A DNA stretch of 64,000 bases from Pseudomonadota bacterium (GTDB lineage: Bacteria; Pseudomonadota; Gammaproteobacteria; Steroidobacterales; SZUA-146): positions 24,378-88,377 of the forward strand of contig JBCCHD010000011.1 in the NCBI GenBank assembly GCA_039028935.1, read 5' to 3'. How positions within the stretch are numbered: the first letter of the stretch is position 1; each line of letters opens with the position of its first letter. This document shows, in pieces, positions 37,590-50,578 of the stretch. Below the pieces are notes generated by a model. That model had not been told where the DNA came from, searched no databases, and saw only the letters and a list, made by a program, of their open reading frames with translations. A program made the position numbers and the translations under genes.

Positions 37590-38771
37590 TCAACCCGACC
37601 GACGCAGCGCGTCGTCAAGGTCATCGCGCAAATCGTCCAGCGCTTCGATACCGACCGACAACCGCACGAGATTTTCATCGATGCCAAGCGTTGCTCGGAT
37701 GTCTTCGGGCACCGAGGCATGCGTCATGATGGCAGGATGGTTGACCAGACTTTCCACACCGCCGAGGCTCTCAGCTAAGGTGAACAGCTGCGTGTTTTCG
37801 AGAAAGCGTCGCGCTCCTTCTGCGCCACCTTTGACATAGACACTGATCATGCCGGTAAACCCATCCATCTGACGGGCGGCCAGTGCGTGCTGCGGGTGAC
37901 TGTCGAGCCCCGGATAGAGCACGCGTTCAATATTGGGATGCTCACTGAGCCACTCCGCCAGCGCCTGACCATTACTGTTGTGTCGTTCCATACGGATGGC
38001 CAACGTCTTGAGCCCGCGCAGCGCCAAAAAACTATCGAATGGGCCGGCAATACCGCCCGCCGAATTTTGCACAAATCCCAAACGCTCGGCCATCGCTTCG
38101 TCCTGGCAGACAATGACCCCACCGACCATATCGGAGTGGCCGTTGATGTATTTGGTCGCCGAGTGCATCACCAGATCAAAGCCATATTCGAGCGGCCGCT
38201 GGTTGAATGGAGAGGCGAACGTGTTATCCGCCACCGTGATGACATTGTGTTGTTTGGCGATCTCGATGACCGCCGCCAGATCGACGATCTTCAGCATCGG
38301 GTTCGTAGGGGTTTCGATCCAGAGCATGCGGGTCCGAGGGGTGATGGCCGCGCGCAGCGCATCGAGGTCGGTCATGTCGACAAACGAGAACTCAAATCCG
38401 GAGGAGTGACGCCGAACTTTATCGAACAGTCGAAACGAACCGCCGTATAAGTCGTCCATCGCCACGATGTGATCGCCATGATTGAGCAGATCCATAATGG
38501 TGCTCGTCGCCGCCATGCCCGATGCAAAGGCGAACCCGTGCGTCCCCGATTCAAGCGCGGCTATGTTGCGCTCGTAGGCCATTCGCGTCGGGTTTTGAGT
38601 GCGCGAATATTCGTAGCCTTGGTGCACACCCGGGCTCGACTGAGCGTAAGTTGACGTGGCGTAAATCGGCGGCATGACCGCACCGGTTGAAGGATCCGGC
38701 GACTGACCCGCATGAATAGTTTTGGTAGCAAACGCGTGCGTTTTTTTATTCGTCATGATGTCTTCGCTCAT
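37590..38771 (-). CDS. cystathionine gamma-lyase / gamma-synthase family PLP enzyme
   Basis: 393 aa. TIHAGQ, the PLP-Lys motif HSATKYINGHSD, and C-terminal RLSVGIE. Its ATG shares one base with the upstream CBS stop (TAATG). Confidence 0.85.
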   Translation of the reverse strand: MSEDIMTNKKTHAFATKTIHAGQSPDPSTGAVMPPIYATSTYAQSSPGVHQGYEYSRTQNPTRMAYERNIAALESGTHGFAFASGMAATSTIMDLLNHGDHIVAMDDLYGGSFRLFDKVRRHSSGFEFSFVDMTDLDALRAAITPRTRMLWIETPTNPMLKIVDLAAVIEIAKQHNVITVADNTFASPFNQRPLEYGFDLVMHSATKYINGHSDMVGGVIVCQDEAMAERLGFVQNSAGGIAGPFDSFLALRGLKTLAIRMERHNSNGQALAEWLSEHPNIERVLYPGLDSHPQHALAARQMDGFTGMISVYVKGGAEGARRFLENTQLFTLAESLGGVESLVNHPAIMTHASVPEDIRATLGIDENLVRLSVGIEALDDLRDDLDDALRRSG

Positions 38772-40132
38772 TAAAGTTGTTTGCGGAAATAGTTGAGCAC
38801 GTCGGCGCGCGTAATCAAACCTAAGAAAACGCCGTCGTCTACCACTGCGGTGTATCGTGCACCACCTAACAATGCGACCAGATTTTGCACCGAAAAATGT
38901 CGATCGATCACTGAAAACGTAGTGGACATCGCGTTGGCAACGGGCTCGTTCATCAGTTTGGGGCGGCCGAACACAAAGCGCATGATGTCCTCCTCGGTCA
39001 ATACGCCCACCAGCGTGTTGTCCTCCATGACAGGCAGCTGCGAAAAGCCGGCGTTGCGTAGTCGATTATGTGCGGTCGTGAGCGCATCACGTGGACTGAC
39101 CGTCACCGTGGCGCGTTCGCCGTGCAGTCGACCGATCAGATCGCGCACATCACCGAATTCCTCGCGCTGAATAAACCCCTGATCCTCCATCCAGAAATCG
39201 TTATAGAGCTTGGACAAGTACTTGTTGCCCGTGTCGCAGGCAAACGTCACGACATTTTTATGCTCAGTCTGGTCTTTACAGTATTTGAGGGCCGCCGCCA
39301 ATAGCGTGCCCGAGGACGAGCCAGCCAGGAGCCCCTCTTTGCGCAAGAGCTCTCGCGCGGCTTCGAACGATTCGGCATCGGTGATCGTATAGGCCCCTTT
39401 GGCCATACTTAGGTCGCAGATATCGGGGATAAAATCTTCACCAATGCCCTCGACCAACCAGCCTGCGCTCGGTCCAAGTTCCCCTGTCGCAATGTAATCG
39501 GCCAACACCGACCCCTTCGGATCCGCAATAATGATTTCGACATGAGGCGCATGCGTTTTAAAGTAGGACGTTAGGCCGCTAATCGTTCCGCTGCTGCCGA
39601 CACCGAGCACCACCGCATCGAGTTTTCCATCAAGCTGCTCGAGCAGCTCAGGACCGGTCGTCAGTTCATGCGCTTTGGGGTTATCAGGATTGCCAAATTG
39701 ATTGATAAAATACGCGCCGCTTTCTGCTGCCATGCTGCGCGCCAAGTCCTGGTAGTACTCCGGATGACCGCGTTCCACGTCGGAACGCGTCAGCACGACT
39801 TCGGCACCCATCGCCCGCAAATTAAAAATCTTCTCTTGGCTCATCTTGTCGGGCAAAACCAGCATCAAATGATAACCTCGCTGTGCTGCAACGAGCGCCA
39901 GGCCCAAGCCGGTGTTGCCCGCGGTGGCTTCAATGAGTGTATCGCCTGGTTTTATCTGGCCACGTTTTTCGGCCTCGTCGATCATCGCAATGCCAATGCG
40001 ATCCTTGATCGAACCGCCCGGGTTCATGAGCTCTAGCTTGAGATACAGCGAGCACAGCCCGGTATCAAATTGACTCACCTTGAGCATCGGTGTGCGCGCC
40101 ACCATTTCAAGGACATTGTTGTATATGTTCAC
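38771..40132 (-). CDS. cystathionine beta-synthase (PLP domain + tandem CBS domains)
   Basis: 453 aa. PLP-Lys motif NPGGSIKDRIG, GNTGLGLA, GVGSSGTISG, and a C-terminal CBS pair (QLPVMEDNTLVGVLTEEDI ... AVVDDGVFLGLITRADV). Confidence 0.85.
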   Translation of the reverse strand: MNIYNNVLEMVARTPMLKVSQFDTGLCSLYLKLELMNPGGSIKDRIGIAMIDEAEKRGQIKPGDTLIEATAGNTGLGLALVAAQRGYHLMLVLPDKMSQEKIFNLRAMGAEVVLTRSDVERGHPEYYQDLARSMAAESGAYFINQFGNPDNPKAHELTTGPELLEQLDGKLDAVVLGVGSSGTISGLTSYFKTHAPHVEIIIADPKGSVLADYIATGELGPSAGWLVEGIGEDFIPDICDLSMAKGAYTITDAESFEAARELLRKEGLLAGSSSGTLLAAALKYCKDQTEHKNVVTFACDTGNKYLSKLYNDFWMEDQGFIQREEFGDVRDLIGRLHGERATVTVSPRDALTTAHNRLRNAGFSQLPVMEDNTLVGVLTEEDIMRFVFGRPKLMNEPVANAMSTTFSVIDRHFSVQNLVALLGGARYTAVVDDGVFLGLITRADVLNYFRKQL

Positions 40133-40240
40133 ACGTTCTCCTGTGCATCGAATGATCGCAGCGAGCTCGACGCTGTATTGAGATAGCCGGATTCTACGCC
40201 ATGCTCGCTCAACTACCTATTCTGGGCGACAATAGAAGGT

Positions 40241-41128
40241 ATGAACGACGCTTGCCGACTGCCTTCGATCCAAACCGCCCGAGCTCAGGCGCTCGCCAGG
40301 CTGACGCTCGACGCGCGCCACGACGTCGACACCCTGCTTTGCGACGCACTCGACATAACGCGCGCGCGCCTGTTTGCTGAGCCAGACACTCTGCTCACGC
40401 CACCGCAGTGGGCCCTGTTCGAACAATGGCTTGGGCGACTCATCGACGACGAACCGCTCGCCTACATCCGCGGCCACTGTGCATTTTGGAGTCTCTCGCT
40501 TACGGTATCGCCGGCGGTGTTGATCCCACGCCCCGACACTGAACGGCTGGTCGAAGTGGCCTTATCGCACCTCGAGGGTCGAAAGGCCGCACGCGTGCTG
40601 GAGCTGGGCACTGGCAGCGGCGCGATCGCCCTGGCGCTTGCCAGCGAGCGACGAGGCGACCGTCTCATGGCCACTGACACAAGCTCAGACGCGCTGTGGG
40701 TCGCTCGCCACAACCGCGACGCGTTGGGACTGGCCAATGTGTCCTTTTGCCAATCGAATTGGTTCGCGCAACTGCCCCACCAACACTATGACCTTATCGT
40801 TAGTAATCCACCGTATATCGATCACGACGATCCACACGTGACGCCATCGGTACGGCGCTATGAGCCCGCGTCTGCGCTGTTTGCGAACAACAACGGTCTT
40901 GCCGATATCGCCACGATTATTCACGAAGCGCCCGCGTTTTTGTCCAGCGACGGTGTGCTGTTGCTCGAACATGGCTGGCAGCAAGGACCGGATGTTGAGC
41001 AGCTGATGAACGCCGCGTTTACGCATAGCAAACGGTATCAGGACCTCGCCGGTTTGGATCGCGCGGTCGCCGGCTGGCAGCCTCGGCAAAACGATACCGC
41101 CGACGTTGCAGTTAGGCCGTCGGCATGA
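40241..41128 (+). CDS. prmC: release-factor glutamine methyltransferase
   Basis: 295 aa. SAM motif VLELGTGSGAIAL and catalytic IVSNPPYI. Confidence 0.9.
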   Translation: MNDACRLPSIQTARAQALARLTLDARHDVDTLLCDALDITRARLFAEPDTLLTPPQWALFEQWLGRLIDDEPLAYIRGHCAFWSLSLTVSPAVLIPRPDTERLVEVALSHLEGRKAARVLELGTGSGAIALALASERRGDRLMATDTSSDALWVARHNRDALGLANVSFCQSNWFAQLPHQHYDLIVSNPPYIDHDDPHVTPSVRRYEPASALFANNNGLADIATIIHEAPAFLSSDGVLLLEHGWQQGPDVEQLMNAAFTHSKRYQDLAGLDRAVAGWQPRQNDTADVAVRPSA

Positions 41129-41574
41129 GCGCGCGCTTCGACACGCTGTTCGCGCTGTGGAGCGAACAGATACCGTTGGCAAAAGCGATGGAGATTCGAT
41201 TTGAAGAAACGTCGGGCGACTGGTCGCTTCAGGCACCCCTTGAGCCCAATCGCAATCACATGGGCACTGCGTTTGGCGGTGCCATCGCCTCGCTAGCCAC
41301 TCTAACGGGTTGGGCCCAAACATGGATGCTACTGCCTAATCCAGAAGCGACACACATCGTTGTGGGCAAGAGCACCATCCAATATCGTCGGCCAGCACGC
41401 GGCGAACTGATCGGAACCGCGCAGGCACCGTCAGACGACACGGTCAGCGACTTTTTGGCGTCATTGGACGCTCGCGGCAAAGCGGGGATCCACATTGTTG
41501 TTCAAATTCACAGTGATGGTGTGGAAGCGGCTCGTCTGAAGGCGAAATTCGTCGCAATACAAAAATCGGCCTAA
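41125..41574 (+). CDS. YiiD C-terminal-type thioesterase domain protein
   Basis: 149 aa. IPLAKAMEIRFEE...LEPNRNHMGTAFGGAIASLATLTGWA resembles the YiiD_Cterm hotdog family (from memory). Has a 4-nt overlap with prmC. Confidence 0.55.
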   Translation: MSARFDTLFALWSEQIPLAKAMEIRFEETSGDWSLQAPLEPNRNHMGTAFGGAIASLATLTGWAQTWMLLPNPEATHIVVGKSTIQYRRPARGELIGTAQAPSDDTVSDFLASLDARGKAGIHIVVQIHSDGVEAARLKAKFVAIQKSA

Positions 41575-41599
41575 CCGACTCGTCACTGGGTGGGGGGCG

Positions 41600-42280
41600 T
41601 TAAACTGTCGCGGTTTGCCGTTTGCGTCGCGGCGGCTTACGCCATTTTTTCACGGCGCGGAACGCCAGTAGCGCTGTGAGAATCGCCGCGTAGATCAGCG
41701 GCTCCGTGATGTCCTTTTTGACCTGCCACCAATAATGCCAGACCGCCAGTATGGCTGCCGGATACACCAAGTAGTGAAGCTTCTGCCACGTTTTGCCGAG
41801 TCGGCGACGCGCCGCATGCGGTGAGGTGAGTGCCAACGCCAACAGAATCACCACGCTTAACAGCCCGAGCGTGATGTACGGCCGCTTTACGATATCTTCG
41901 CCGATAGCAATCAGCGACCAACCCTGATCAAGCCAAGCATAAACGGTAAAGTGCAGCGCGACATAGAAGAACGCGAACAGACCCAACATCCGACGAAAAC
42001 GCAGCGGCCAGGGCTTACCAATCAGATGACGCAATGGCGTAACGCAAAGCGTGATGAGCAATAAACGCAATCCCCAGTTGCCAAAATGATCCAGCATTTC
42101 TTCAATCGGGTTGGCGCCAAAGCTTGAGCCGAGGTTAAACGCCTTGAGGACAATCCATACGAGCGGCACGGACGCCAGTAAAAACACGAGCGGCTTGCCG
42201 ACGTATCGGATGCGTTCATTGATGCCAAGTTGTTTTAGGAACACCATTATTGTTTTGCTGACTTTGTCATTCTGGCTCAC
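41600..42280 (-). CDS. msrQ: methionine-sulfoxide reductase heme-binding subunit MsrQ
   Basis: Polytopic ferric-reductase-like membrane protein with conserved His residues (LHFTVY, LHYLVY), directly downstream of msrP. The start may be the internal ATG at 42247. Confidence 0.8.
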   Translation of the reverse strand: MSQNDKVSKTIMVFLKQLGINERIRYVGKPLVFLLASVPLVWIVLKAFNLGSSFGANPIEEMLDHFGNWGLRLLLITLCVTPLRHLIGKPWPLRFRRMLGLFAFFYVALHFTVYAWLDQGWSLIAIGEDIVKRPYITLGLLSVVILLALALTSPHAARRRLGKTWQKLHYLVYPAAILAVWHYWWQVKKDITEPLIYAAILTALLAFRAVKKWRKPPRRKRQTATV

Positions 42281-42306
42281 GGTGGCGCGGAAGACGCCAC
42301 AGCGAA

Positions 42307-43293
42307 TCAGAAGTGTTTTCTCAGATCCAGCCCGTCATATAACGAGGCGACTTCCTCGGCATAGCCATTGAACATTTGTGTTGGAATTTTCTCGGCAAAA
42401 AGTCCTTTGCCGATGGGTCGCTCCCGCGCCTGACTCCACCTGGGGTGATCCACCTCGGGATTCACATTGGCGTAAAACCCGTACTCACGAGGCGCCGATA
42501 CGGCCCACGTGTTGCGCGGCATGGTTTCGGTAAACCGAATGCTGACGATTGATTTGATGCTCTTAAAGCCATATTTCCACGGCACCACAAGCCGCAAGGG
42601 TGCGCCGTTTTGTTTGGGCATTTCTTTGCCATAAAGCCCAACGCCAAAAAGGGTAAGTGGGTGCATCGCCTCAGCAATGGTCAAGCCCTCAACATAGGGC
42701 CAATCCAACACCGCGCGGCGTTGACCCGGCATCTGTTCCGGATCGAACAGCGTTCGAAATTCGACAAACTGGGCACGTGAGGTTGGCTTGAATCGCTTGA
42801 GCACCTCGCTCATTTGAATGCCCACCCACGGCACAACCATTGACCAGGCTTCAACACAGCGCAGACGATAGATGCGCTCTTCGTAAGTATGGGGTTTTAA
42901 AATGTCTTCGAGCGCAAACTTACCCGTAACATCCGCTTCGCCGCTCACCTCGACCGTCCAAGGATCAGTGTGAAAATCGCCGACATTTTTGTGCGGATCG
43001 GCTTTACCCAAACCAAATTCGTAAAAGTTGTTATACGTCGTGATATCGCGCCACGAATTGGGCTCTGCGTCGGTCGAATATGGGCTCGGCACAACATTGG
43101 GCAGATCAGGCGTCATGCTATTTGGATCGACATCCTTGCCCACGTCGGCCGTCGCCACTTTGCGAGAACACGCGGCTCCCGCCGTCAGTAACGTGCCGCT
43201 GGCAATGGCCGCTTGAACAAAACGTCGGCGATTCCAATAGACCGACTCCGACGTAATCTCCGACGGCTTAATGTGACTGCTTGAGTATTTCAC
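42307..43293 (-). CDS. msrP: methionine-sulfoxide reductase molybdopterin catalytic subunit MsrP
   Basis: Tat signal [21 protein letters not shown], and the [11 protein letters not shown] core. The GTG at 43293 has an AGGAG 7 nt upstream. The track start at 43365 adds an Arg-rich leader. Confidence 0.9.
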   Translation of the reverse strand: MKYSSSHIKPSEITSESVYWNRRRFVQAAIASGTLLTAGAACSRKVATADVGKDVDPNSMTPDLPNVVPSPYSTDAEPNSWRDITTYNNFYEFGLGKADPHKNVGDFHTDPWTVEVSGEADVTGKFALEDILKPHTYEERIYRLRCVEAWSMVVPWVGIQMSEVLKRFKPTSRAQFVEFRTLFDPEQMPGQRRAVLDWPYVEGLTIAEAMHPLTLFGVGLYGKEMPKQNGAPLRLVVPWKYGFKSIKSIVSIRFTETMPRNTWAVSAPREYGFYANVNPEVDHPRWSQARERPIGKGLFAEKIPTQMFNGYAEEVASLYDGLDLRKHF

Positions 43294-43546
43294 GCGATGC
43301 TCCTGACTCAGTCCAGAACGCCAGCCTGCCTCACCGCGCGTCGACCTGCGGTGAAAACACCTCATCGCGCGCCGAATTCATCAGCCTGACGGATTCATGA
43401 TCCTATCGAAACATCAGACCTGAGTCTGCCCGTAAATGTTACAGACGATGGTGAACCCACTGATTAACCATGCGGTTTTTAGGCTTCAAAGGCCGCGGAA
43501 TCATCGACTCGCGCCGCTCAGGGCGGCGTTCGGTCACAAAGAGCCG

Positions 43547-44434
43547 CTAGTGTTTCTGATCCGACAAGTTGACTGCTTCATCGACGAAAAGATGCGCGGC
43601 ATCAATCGCATCGAGCGTGTACGAACGACCGCAGAATTCACAATCGACCGACACGACGCCTTGCTCAGCGATAATACTGTCGACCTCGGCCTGGCCCAGG
43701 CCTCTGAGCATGTTTCGGATGCGCGCCTGACTGCAAGTGCAGCGAAACGACACCGGCGATGAGGAGAAAAGACGCACATTCTCTTCGTGAAACAAACGGT
43801 GAAGAATATCGAGATCGGAAAGCTGTAAAAGCTCATCGCGCGTAATGGTGTCGGCAAGCATCTGCACACGCGGCCAGCCATCGTCATCCGCACGACTGGT
43901 CTGACGCCCCCCTTCGCGGGGCATTTGTTGCAGCAACATGCCGACGATCTGGTCGGCGCTGGCCGCAAACCATAAGCGCGTGGGCAACTGCTCTGATGCG
44001 GCAAAATAATCCTCGACGCAGCCGGCCAACGTCGTTTGCTCGAGTGGCACGATACCCTGATAGCGCTGACCCTCGCCGGAAGGTTCCAGCGTGAGCGCCA
44101 AGCGACCCTGATCAAACAATCGCCGAGGGTCATCGTCGAGTCGATCCTCGTGCCAGTGCGCCAAACCGCGCAAATGAAAATCACTCGTGCATTGAGTAAG
44201 CAGTAAACTGAGCGCGCGCTCCGTTTGTAGTTGCAATGTAAGCTTGCCATCAAACTTTAATGTGGAGGCAAGGAGCACCGACGCCGCCAGCGCTTCACCT
44301 AGCAGGAGTCGAATCGGCTCAGGGTAGGCTTTATTGGCGACGACCGCCTGCCAACTTGCATTGAGGTGCACCAGTTTTCCGCGAACCCCAAAATCCTGAA
44401 ACGCAAACGCATGGATGCTGTCGTGATCGTTCAT
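43547..44434 (-). CDS. hslO: redox-regulated chaperone Hsp33
   Basis: 295 aa. C-terminal zinc centre CTCS...CEFCG. Has an ATGA overlap with the gatB stop. Confidence 0.9.
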   Translation of the reverse strand: MNDHDSIHAFAFQDFGVRGKLVHLNASWQAVVANKAYPEPIRLLLGEALAASVLLASTLKFDGKLTLQLQTERALSLLLTQCTSDFHLRGLAHWHEDRLDDDPRRLFDQGRLALTLEPSGEGQRYQGIVPLEQTTLAGCVEDYFAASEQLPTRLWFAASADQIVGMLLQQMPREGGRQTSRADDDGWPRVQMLADTITRDELLQLSDLDILHRLFHEENVRLFSSSPVSFRCTCSQARIRNMLRGLGQAEVDSIIAEQGVVSVDCEFCGRSYTLDAIDAAHLFVDEAVNLSDQKH

Positions 44435-45873
44435 TCAGGTTCTCCAGACAACATGTCGCGAAGAAGCTGATTAACCTGGCCGGGATTCGCCTTGCCGCCA
44501 CTTTGCTGCATGACCTTACCGACAAAGAAACCCAACAGTTTCGTCTTACCCTCGCGGTACTGTGCCAGCTGCGCAGGATGTTGATCGAGCACGGCCTGTA
44601 TGGTCGCCGTCAAAGCGCCTGTATCGGTAATTTGTTTGAGGCCTTGTTGCTCGATAATGTCGTCTGCATCGCCCTCCCCCTGCCACATGAGCGTGAACAC
44701 CTCTTTGGCAATCGATCCTGAGATCGTGTTGTCTTCAACGCGATCCAGCAGTGCCGCGAGCCGCTCAGGCGCCACACGCGCCTCCGTCACCGACACATTG
44801 TCTTTATTGAGTGCCGCGGTTAATTCGCCGAGCACCCAATTCGCGCAACGTTTCGCGTCCGCTGGGTGATGCGCGAGAAGTCGCTCAAAGTAGTCCGAAT
44901 GTGGCTTGCTGTTTGTCAGTGTATCCGCGTCATAGTCATTTAAACCCAACACATCGCGATACCGCTCGCGTCGCGCATCGGGCAGTTCGGGCAGTGACGC
45001 GCGAAGTGAGTCGATCAGTTCATCGGAGATAAAAACCGGCAACAGATCAGGGTCTGGAAAGTACCGATAGTCATTGGCCTCTTCTTTGGAACGCATGGCG
45101 CGCGTTTGATTTTTGTCCGGGTCGTACAGACGGGTTTCTTGCACAACCTGACCGCCACCTTCGAGCACGTCGATGTGCCGCTCGGCCTCGACATTGATGG
45201 CCTTTTCAATAAATCGAAACGAGTTGAGATTCTTCAACTCGGTACGCGTTCCCAACGCGTCCTGACCGGCGGGTCGCACCGACACATTCGCGTCACAACG
45301 AAACGAACCTTCCTGCATGTTGCCATCGCAGATCTCTAGATACTGCACGAGCGCATGCACTTTTTTGAGGTACGCGACCGCTTCACCAGCCGAACGTAGA
45401 TCGGGCTCACTGACAATTTCCAGCAGCGGCGTACCGGCACGATTGAGATCAATCCCCGTGGCGCCGCTAAAGGCCTCATGCAGCGACTTGCCCGCATCTT
45501 CTTCTAAATGGGCGCGAGTCAGCCGAATCGTCTTGGTACCGTTTTCCCCATCGATGGTCAGTTGACCGCCAGCAACAATCGGTGCCTCAAACTGCGAAAT
45601 TTGATAGCCCTTCGGCAAGTCGGGGTAAAAATAATTCTTACGCGCAAACACCGATCGCTGATCGATGCGCGCATCGACCGCCAGTCCAAATCGAATGGCC
45701 ATGCGCACGGCCTCTTCGTTAAGCACCGGCAGTACGCCCGGGAACCCCAGATCGACGAGCGACGCCTGCGTATTGGGTGAGGCGCCATACGCGGTGGAGC
45801 TGCCGCTGAAAATTTTACTGCGTGTGGCTAGCTGCGCGTGAATCTCCAGCCCGATAACCATTTCCCAACTCAC
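44431..45873 (-). CDS. gatB: Asp/Glu-tRNA amidotransferase subunit B
   Basis: 480 aa. [13 protein letters not shown] and a C-terminal YqeY-like domain. Confidence 0.95.
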   Translation of the reverse strand: MSWEMVIGLEIHAQLATRSKIFSGSSTAYGASPNTQASLVDLGFPGVLPVLNEEAVRMAIRFGLAVDARIDQRSVFARKNYFYPDLPKGYQISQFEAPIVAGGQLTIDGENGTKTIRLTRAHLEEDAGKSLHEAFSGATGIDLNRAGTPLLEIVSEPDLRSAGEAVAYLKKVHALVQYLEICDGNMQEGSFRCDANVSVRPAGQDALGTRTELKNLNSFRFIEKAINVEAERHIDVLEGGGQVVQETRLYDPDKNQTRAMRSKEEANDYRYFPDPDLLPVFISDELIDSLRASLPELPDARRERYRDVLGLNDYDADTLTNSKPHSDYFERLLAHHPADAKRCANWVLGELTAALNKDNVSVTEARVAPERLAALLDRVEDNTISGSIAKEVFTLMWQGEGDADDIIEQQGLKQITDTGALTATIQAVLDQHPAQLAQYREGKTKLLGFFVGKVMQQSGGKANPGQVNQLLRDMLSGEPE

Positions 45874-47327
45874 GACGGCTCACCTTTGGGTGGCGCCGCC
45901 TCATGCCAATCGGTGATCTGTTGAAACGCATGCGCCGCACTCAGCACCGTCTGCTCCCGATAATGAGAGCCGATGATATGCAGCCCGACGGGTAAGCCGT
46001 CAGCCAATCCACAGGGCACGGATGCCGCAGGCAACCCCGCGAGACTCACGCCGATCGTGTAAATGTCATTGAGATACATGCTGACCGGATCATCCGCCTT
46101 GTCGCCTAAGCCAAACGCGGTGGTGGGCGAGGTGGGTCCCATAATCAGGTCGACTTTGTTAAACGCACGCTTAAAGTCATCGGTAATCAGACGTCTGACC
46201 TGCTGCGCTTTTTTGTAATACGCATCGTAGTAGCCGGCCGATAACACGAAAGTGCCCGTTAAAATTCGCCGCAATACCTCGTCACCAAAGCCTTCGGTGC
46301 GGCTGCGCCGATACAAATCCTCAAGGTCGGCCGGATCGTCACAGCGATGCCCAAACCGCACGCCGTCAAACCGCGACAAATTGCTCGAACATTCCGCAGG
46401 CGCAATCACATAATAGGCGGGCACTGACAGGGATAGATGAGGCAGCTCGACGGGCACCAGCTCGGCCCCCGCATCCGCAAACACACGCAATGCCGCCCTC
46501 ACGCGCTCCTCGACCTGAGGATCAAGCCCTTCGGCAAAAAACACGTCGGGTACGCCGATTCTTAGGTCACTGATATTTATAGACAAGTCATCGCCGAGCG
46601 CCGCCACCGGCTGATCGGTGCTAGTGGAATCGGCGGGATCAAACCCCATCATGGCCTCGAGCAACACAGCCACATCCGTGGCCGACTGGCCGATCACACC
46701 GGCTTGGTCGAGGCTCGAGGCGAAGGCAATCATGCCGTAACGCGACACCCGCCCGTACGTGGGTTTCATGCCGGTTGTGCCGGTGAGGGCCGCCGGCTGG
46801 CGCACCGAGCCGCCGGTATCGGTACCGGTCGCGATCGGGCACAAACCACCCGCAACCGCCGCCGCAGAACCGCCCGAAGAGCCGCCCGGCACCCGGGTTG
46901 TATCCCAGGGATTTTTGACGTCGCCATAAAAACTGTTTTCGTTTGATGAGCCCATGGCGAACTCATCCATGTTGGTCTTACCCAGCAACACTGTGCCGCA
47001 CTGTGCGAGACGCTCAACCACCGTCGCATTATACGGCGCGACAAAATTATCAAGCATGCGCGATCCACATGTTGTGCGACCGCCTTTCACACAGAAGATA
47101 TCTTTGTGGGCAATCGGGACACCGGTCAACGCGTGTGCATCACCGGCTCGACGACGTTCGTCTGCCGCCCGCGCCTGCTCCATTGCGCCGTTCTCGTCGA
47201 CAGTGATAAACGCATTCAAATGCGTGTTGGCATCGATCTGCTCGAGAAAATATTGGGTCAGTTCTTCGCTAGAATACTCGCCCTTCGCCAGTCCGTTCGA
47301 CAGTTGGACAACGCTTACGCGGTGCAT
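45870..47327 (-). CDS. gatA: Asp/Glu-tRNA amidotransferase subunit A
   Basis: 485 aa. Amidase signature [12 protein letters not shown]...[11 protein letters not shown]. Confidence 0.95.
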   Translation of the reverse strand: MHRVSVVQLSNGLAKGEYSSEELTQYFLEQIDANTHLNAFITVDENGAMEQARAADERRRAGDAHALTGVPIAHKDIFCVKGGRTTCGSRMLDNFVAPYNATVVERLAQCGTVLLGKTNMDEFAMGSSNENSFYGDVKNPWDTTRVPGGSSGGSAAAVAGGLCPIATGTDTGGSVRQPAALTGTTGMKPTYGRVSRYGMIAFASSLDQAGVIGQSATDVAVLLEAMMGFDPADSTSTDQPVAALGDDLSINISDLRIGVPDVFFAEGLDPQVEERVRAALRVFADAGAELVPVELPHLSLSVPAYYVIAPAECSSNLSRFDGVRFGHRCDDPADLEDLYRRSRTEGFGDEVLRRILTGTFVLSAGYYDAYYKKAQQVRRLITDDFKRAFNKVDLIMGPTSPTTAFGLGDKADDPVSMYLNDIYTIGVSLAGLPAASVPCGLADGLPVGLHIIGSHYREQTVLSAAHAFQQITDWHEAAPPKGEPS

Positions 47328-47378
47328 AATTCACCACCGTAGACTGTGTTTAAATCCTTTTTATTCATGATCTTAGAG

Positions 47379-48838
<1,460 letters not shown>

Positions 48839-49144
48839 TCGCGGTTCTTATCGACCGCACCGTGCAAAATGCCTTCCTTTTTGACCGAACCACGCGTGGC
48901 AGTATGCGGCGGCGCATCATCACCTCACCAAAGCGCCCGGATATTATGTCGCGCCGCTCGATCTCGCCGGGTGCGACCCCGCTCGATACGCCCGTTGCTG
49001 TGTGACGCAATTCACGGCAGAATAACGACTTACGGAACACTATTGACACGGATGGCGAATAGTCTCCCGCCGCGAAGGTGGTCAGGCACCCAGACAAAGC
49101 GGGCGCGTGGTTAACGCACCCCAATCAACGAGCGCAGTTTTTAC

Positions 49145-50068
49145 GTGATAGTAGTTCGACAACCACAGAGCAAGCCGCTGTTTTTGAGAGGTCCCTCTCT
49201 TGGCATGCGCCTCACGCTGTTTGCGATTCTGTCGGTGTGTTTGATGGTGCTCGATCATCGGGATGATCATTTACAGTCGGTCAGACAAGTGTTGTCGGCG
49301 GCCGTACAACCGGTTCGTGAAGCCGTCGATTTTCCGTTTAGCGCGGCCGAGTGGATTGGCGAGGCCAGCCGCGATCGTGAGTCATTGCAGCGCGAAAACG
49401 AGCAGCTTAAGTCGGAACAACTGATCACTAGTGTTCGCTTGCAACGCTTTGCCGCATTGGAAGCAGAGAACGCGCGACTGCGCGCGCTCATGGAATCGAC
49501 CGCAAAGGTTGCAGACCGCGTGTTGGTTACCGAAATATTATCCATCGATCTTGACCCGTTGCGTCATCGAGTGGCACTCGATAAAGGCATTCGACATGGC
49601 GCGTTCACCGGACAAGCGTTACTTGATGCGCATGGTGTGGTGGGGCAAATCACCCGAACAGGCCCTTTGAATTCGGAAGCCATTTTGATTAGTGATCCGG
49701 ATCACGCGGTACCCGTTGAAATCAATCGCAATGGTTTACGAACGATTGCAGTCGGGACCGGAAATCCAGGTGAATTGAGCTTGCCTTTCCTGCCGAATAA
49801 CGCCGATATTCAAGCCGGCGATTTGCTTGTAACCTCCGGATTAGGCGGAAGATTTCCCAAAGGCTATCCGGTTGCAAAGATCGCCAAAGTCGAACGCAAC
49901 CCACACGAGAAGTTTGCCATTATTAATGCCACACCGGCCGCCGCACTCAATCAAAATCGCGAAGTACTACTGGTGTGGTCCGGCGAACAAATCGCACGCG
50001 ATGAACTGGCTAACGCAATGAAAAAAGAGCAAGGTAACGTCGCGCAAACCGCCGGCGGCACACCTTGA
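49145..50068 (+). CDS. mreC: rod-shape-determining protein MreC
   Basis: KPLFLRGPSLGMRLTLFAILSV N-terminus, a coiled coil and two beta domains. GTG start; an in-frame stop lies 31 nt upstream. Confidence 0.9.
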   Translation: MIVVRQPQSKPLFLRGPSLGMRLTLFAILSVCLMVLDHRDDHLQSVRQVLSAAVQPVREAVDFPFSAAEWIGEASRDRESLQRENEQLKSEQLITSVRLQRFAALEAENARLRALMESTAKVADRVLVTEILSIDLDPLRHRVALDKGIRHGAFTGQALLDAHGVVGQITRTGPLNSEAILISDPDHAVPVEINRNGLRTIAVGTGNPGELSLPFLPNNADIQAGDLLVTSGLGGRFPKGYPVAKIAKVERNPHEKFAIINATPAAALNQNREVLLVWSGEQIARDELANAMKKEQGNVAQTAGGTP

Positions 50069-50550
50069 TTCTGACGCATCGCCGGGTTCTGGCCGCGATC
50101 GCCGGCAGTACGTTTTTTAGCTTCGCGCTGACCATCGCGCCACTTCCAGAATCACTGAATGCGTTTCGACCCGACTTCGTCGCACTCACTCTTTTCTTTT
50201 GGTTGGTAAGCGTACCGAATTGGATCGGTGTGGCCGTTGCTTGGCTGTGTGGACTCTTACTCGACACACTTCACGGCAGCCTGCTCGGACAACACGCGTT
50301 GGCGCTCACGGTTTTTGCGTTTATCACGCTACGATTTCATTTGCGCATCCGAGTCTTCACGATTTGGCAGGAACTCGTCGCACTCTTTATTCTTTTGGGT
50401 GTCTATCACTTTCTATTGTTTTGGTCTGACGGTATCGGCAATCAGTCGGTAAACTACGGCTGGAGTCACTTGGCACAACTCGCCGCGAGTATCGCCGTGT
50501 GGCCAGTGTGGGTTCTCATGCTCAATACGCTGGCGCGTCGAACCCGCTGA
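50065..50550 (+). CDS. mreD: rod-shape-determining protein MreD
   Basis: 161-aa polytopic membrane protein. Its TTG start overlaps the mreC stop (TTGA). Confidence 0.8.
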   Translation: MILTHRRVLAAIAGSTFFSFALTIAPLPESLNAFRPDFVALTLFFWLVSVPNWIGVAVAWLCGLLLDTLHGSLLGQHALALTVFAFITLRFHLRIRVFTIWQELVALFILLGVYHFLLFWSDGIGNQSVNYGWSHLAQLAASIAVWPVWVLMLNTLARRTR

Positions 50551-50578
50551 CCACTCATTCACCTCAACTGGACTCGCC

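Noticed and set aside
43534-44253. 239-aa same-strand alternative-frame ORF inside hslO
   Set aside because: The hslO frame carries the Hsp33 zinc centre and conserved core. The alternative frame is Cys/Arg/Ser-rich with no motif.
48839-49144. 306-bp mreB-mreC spacer as a possible sRNA or small-gene locus
   Set aside because: I could find no terminator, no convincing hairpin with a U-tract, and no ORF with a Shine-Dalgarno. It is mentioned only as a note within the elongasome finding.
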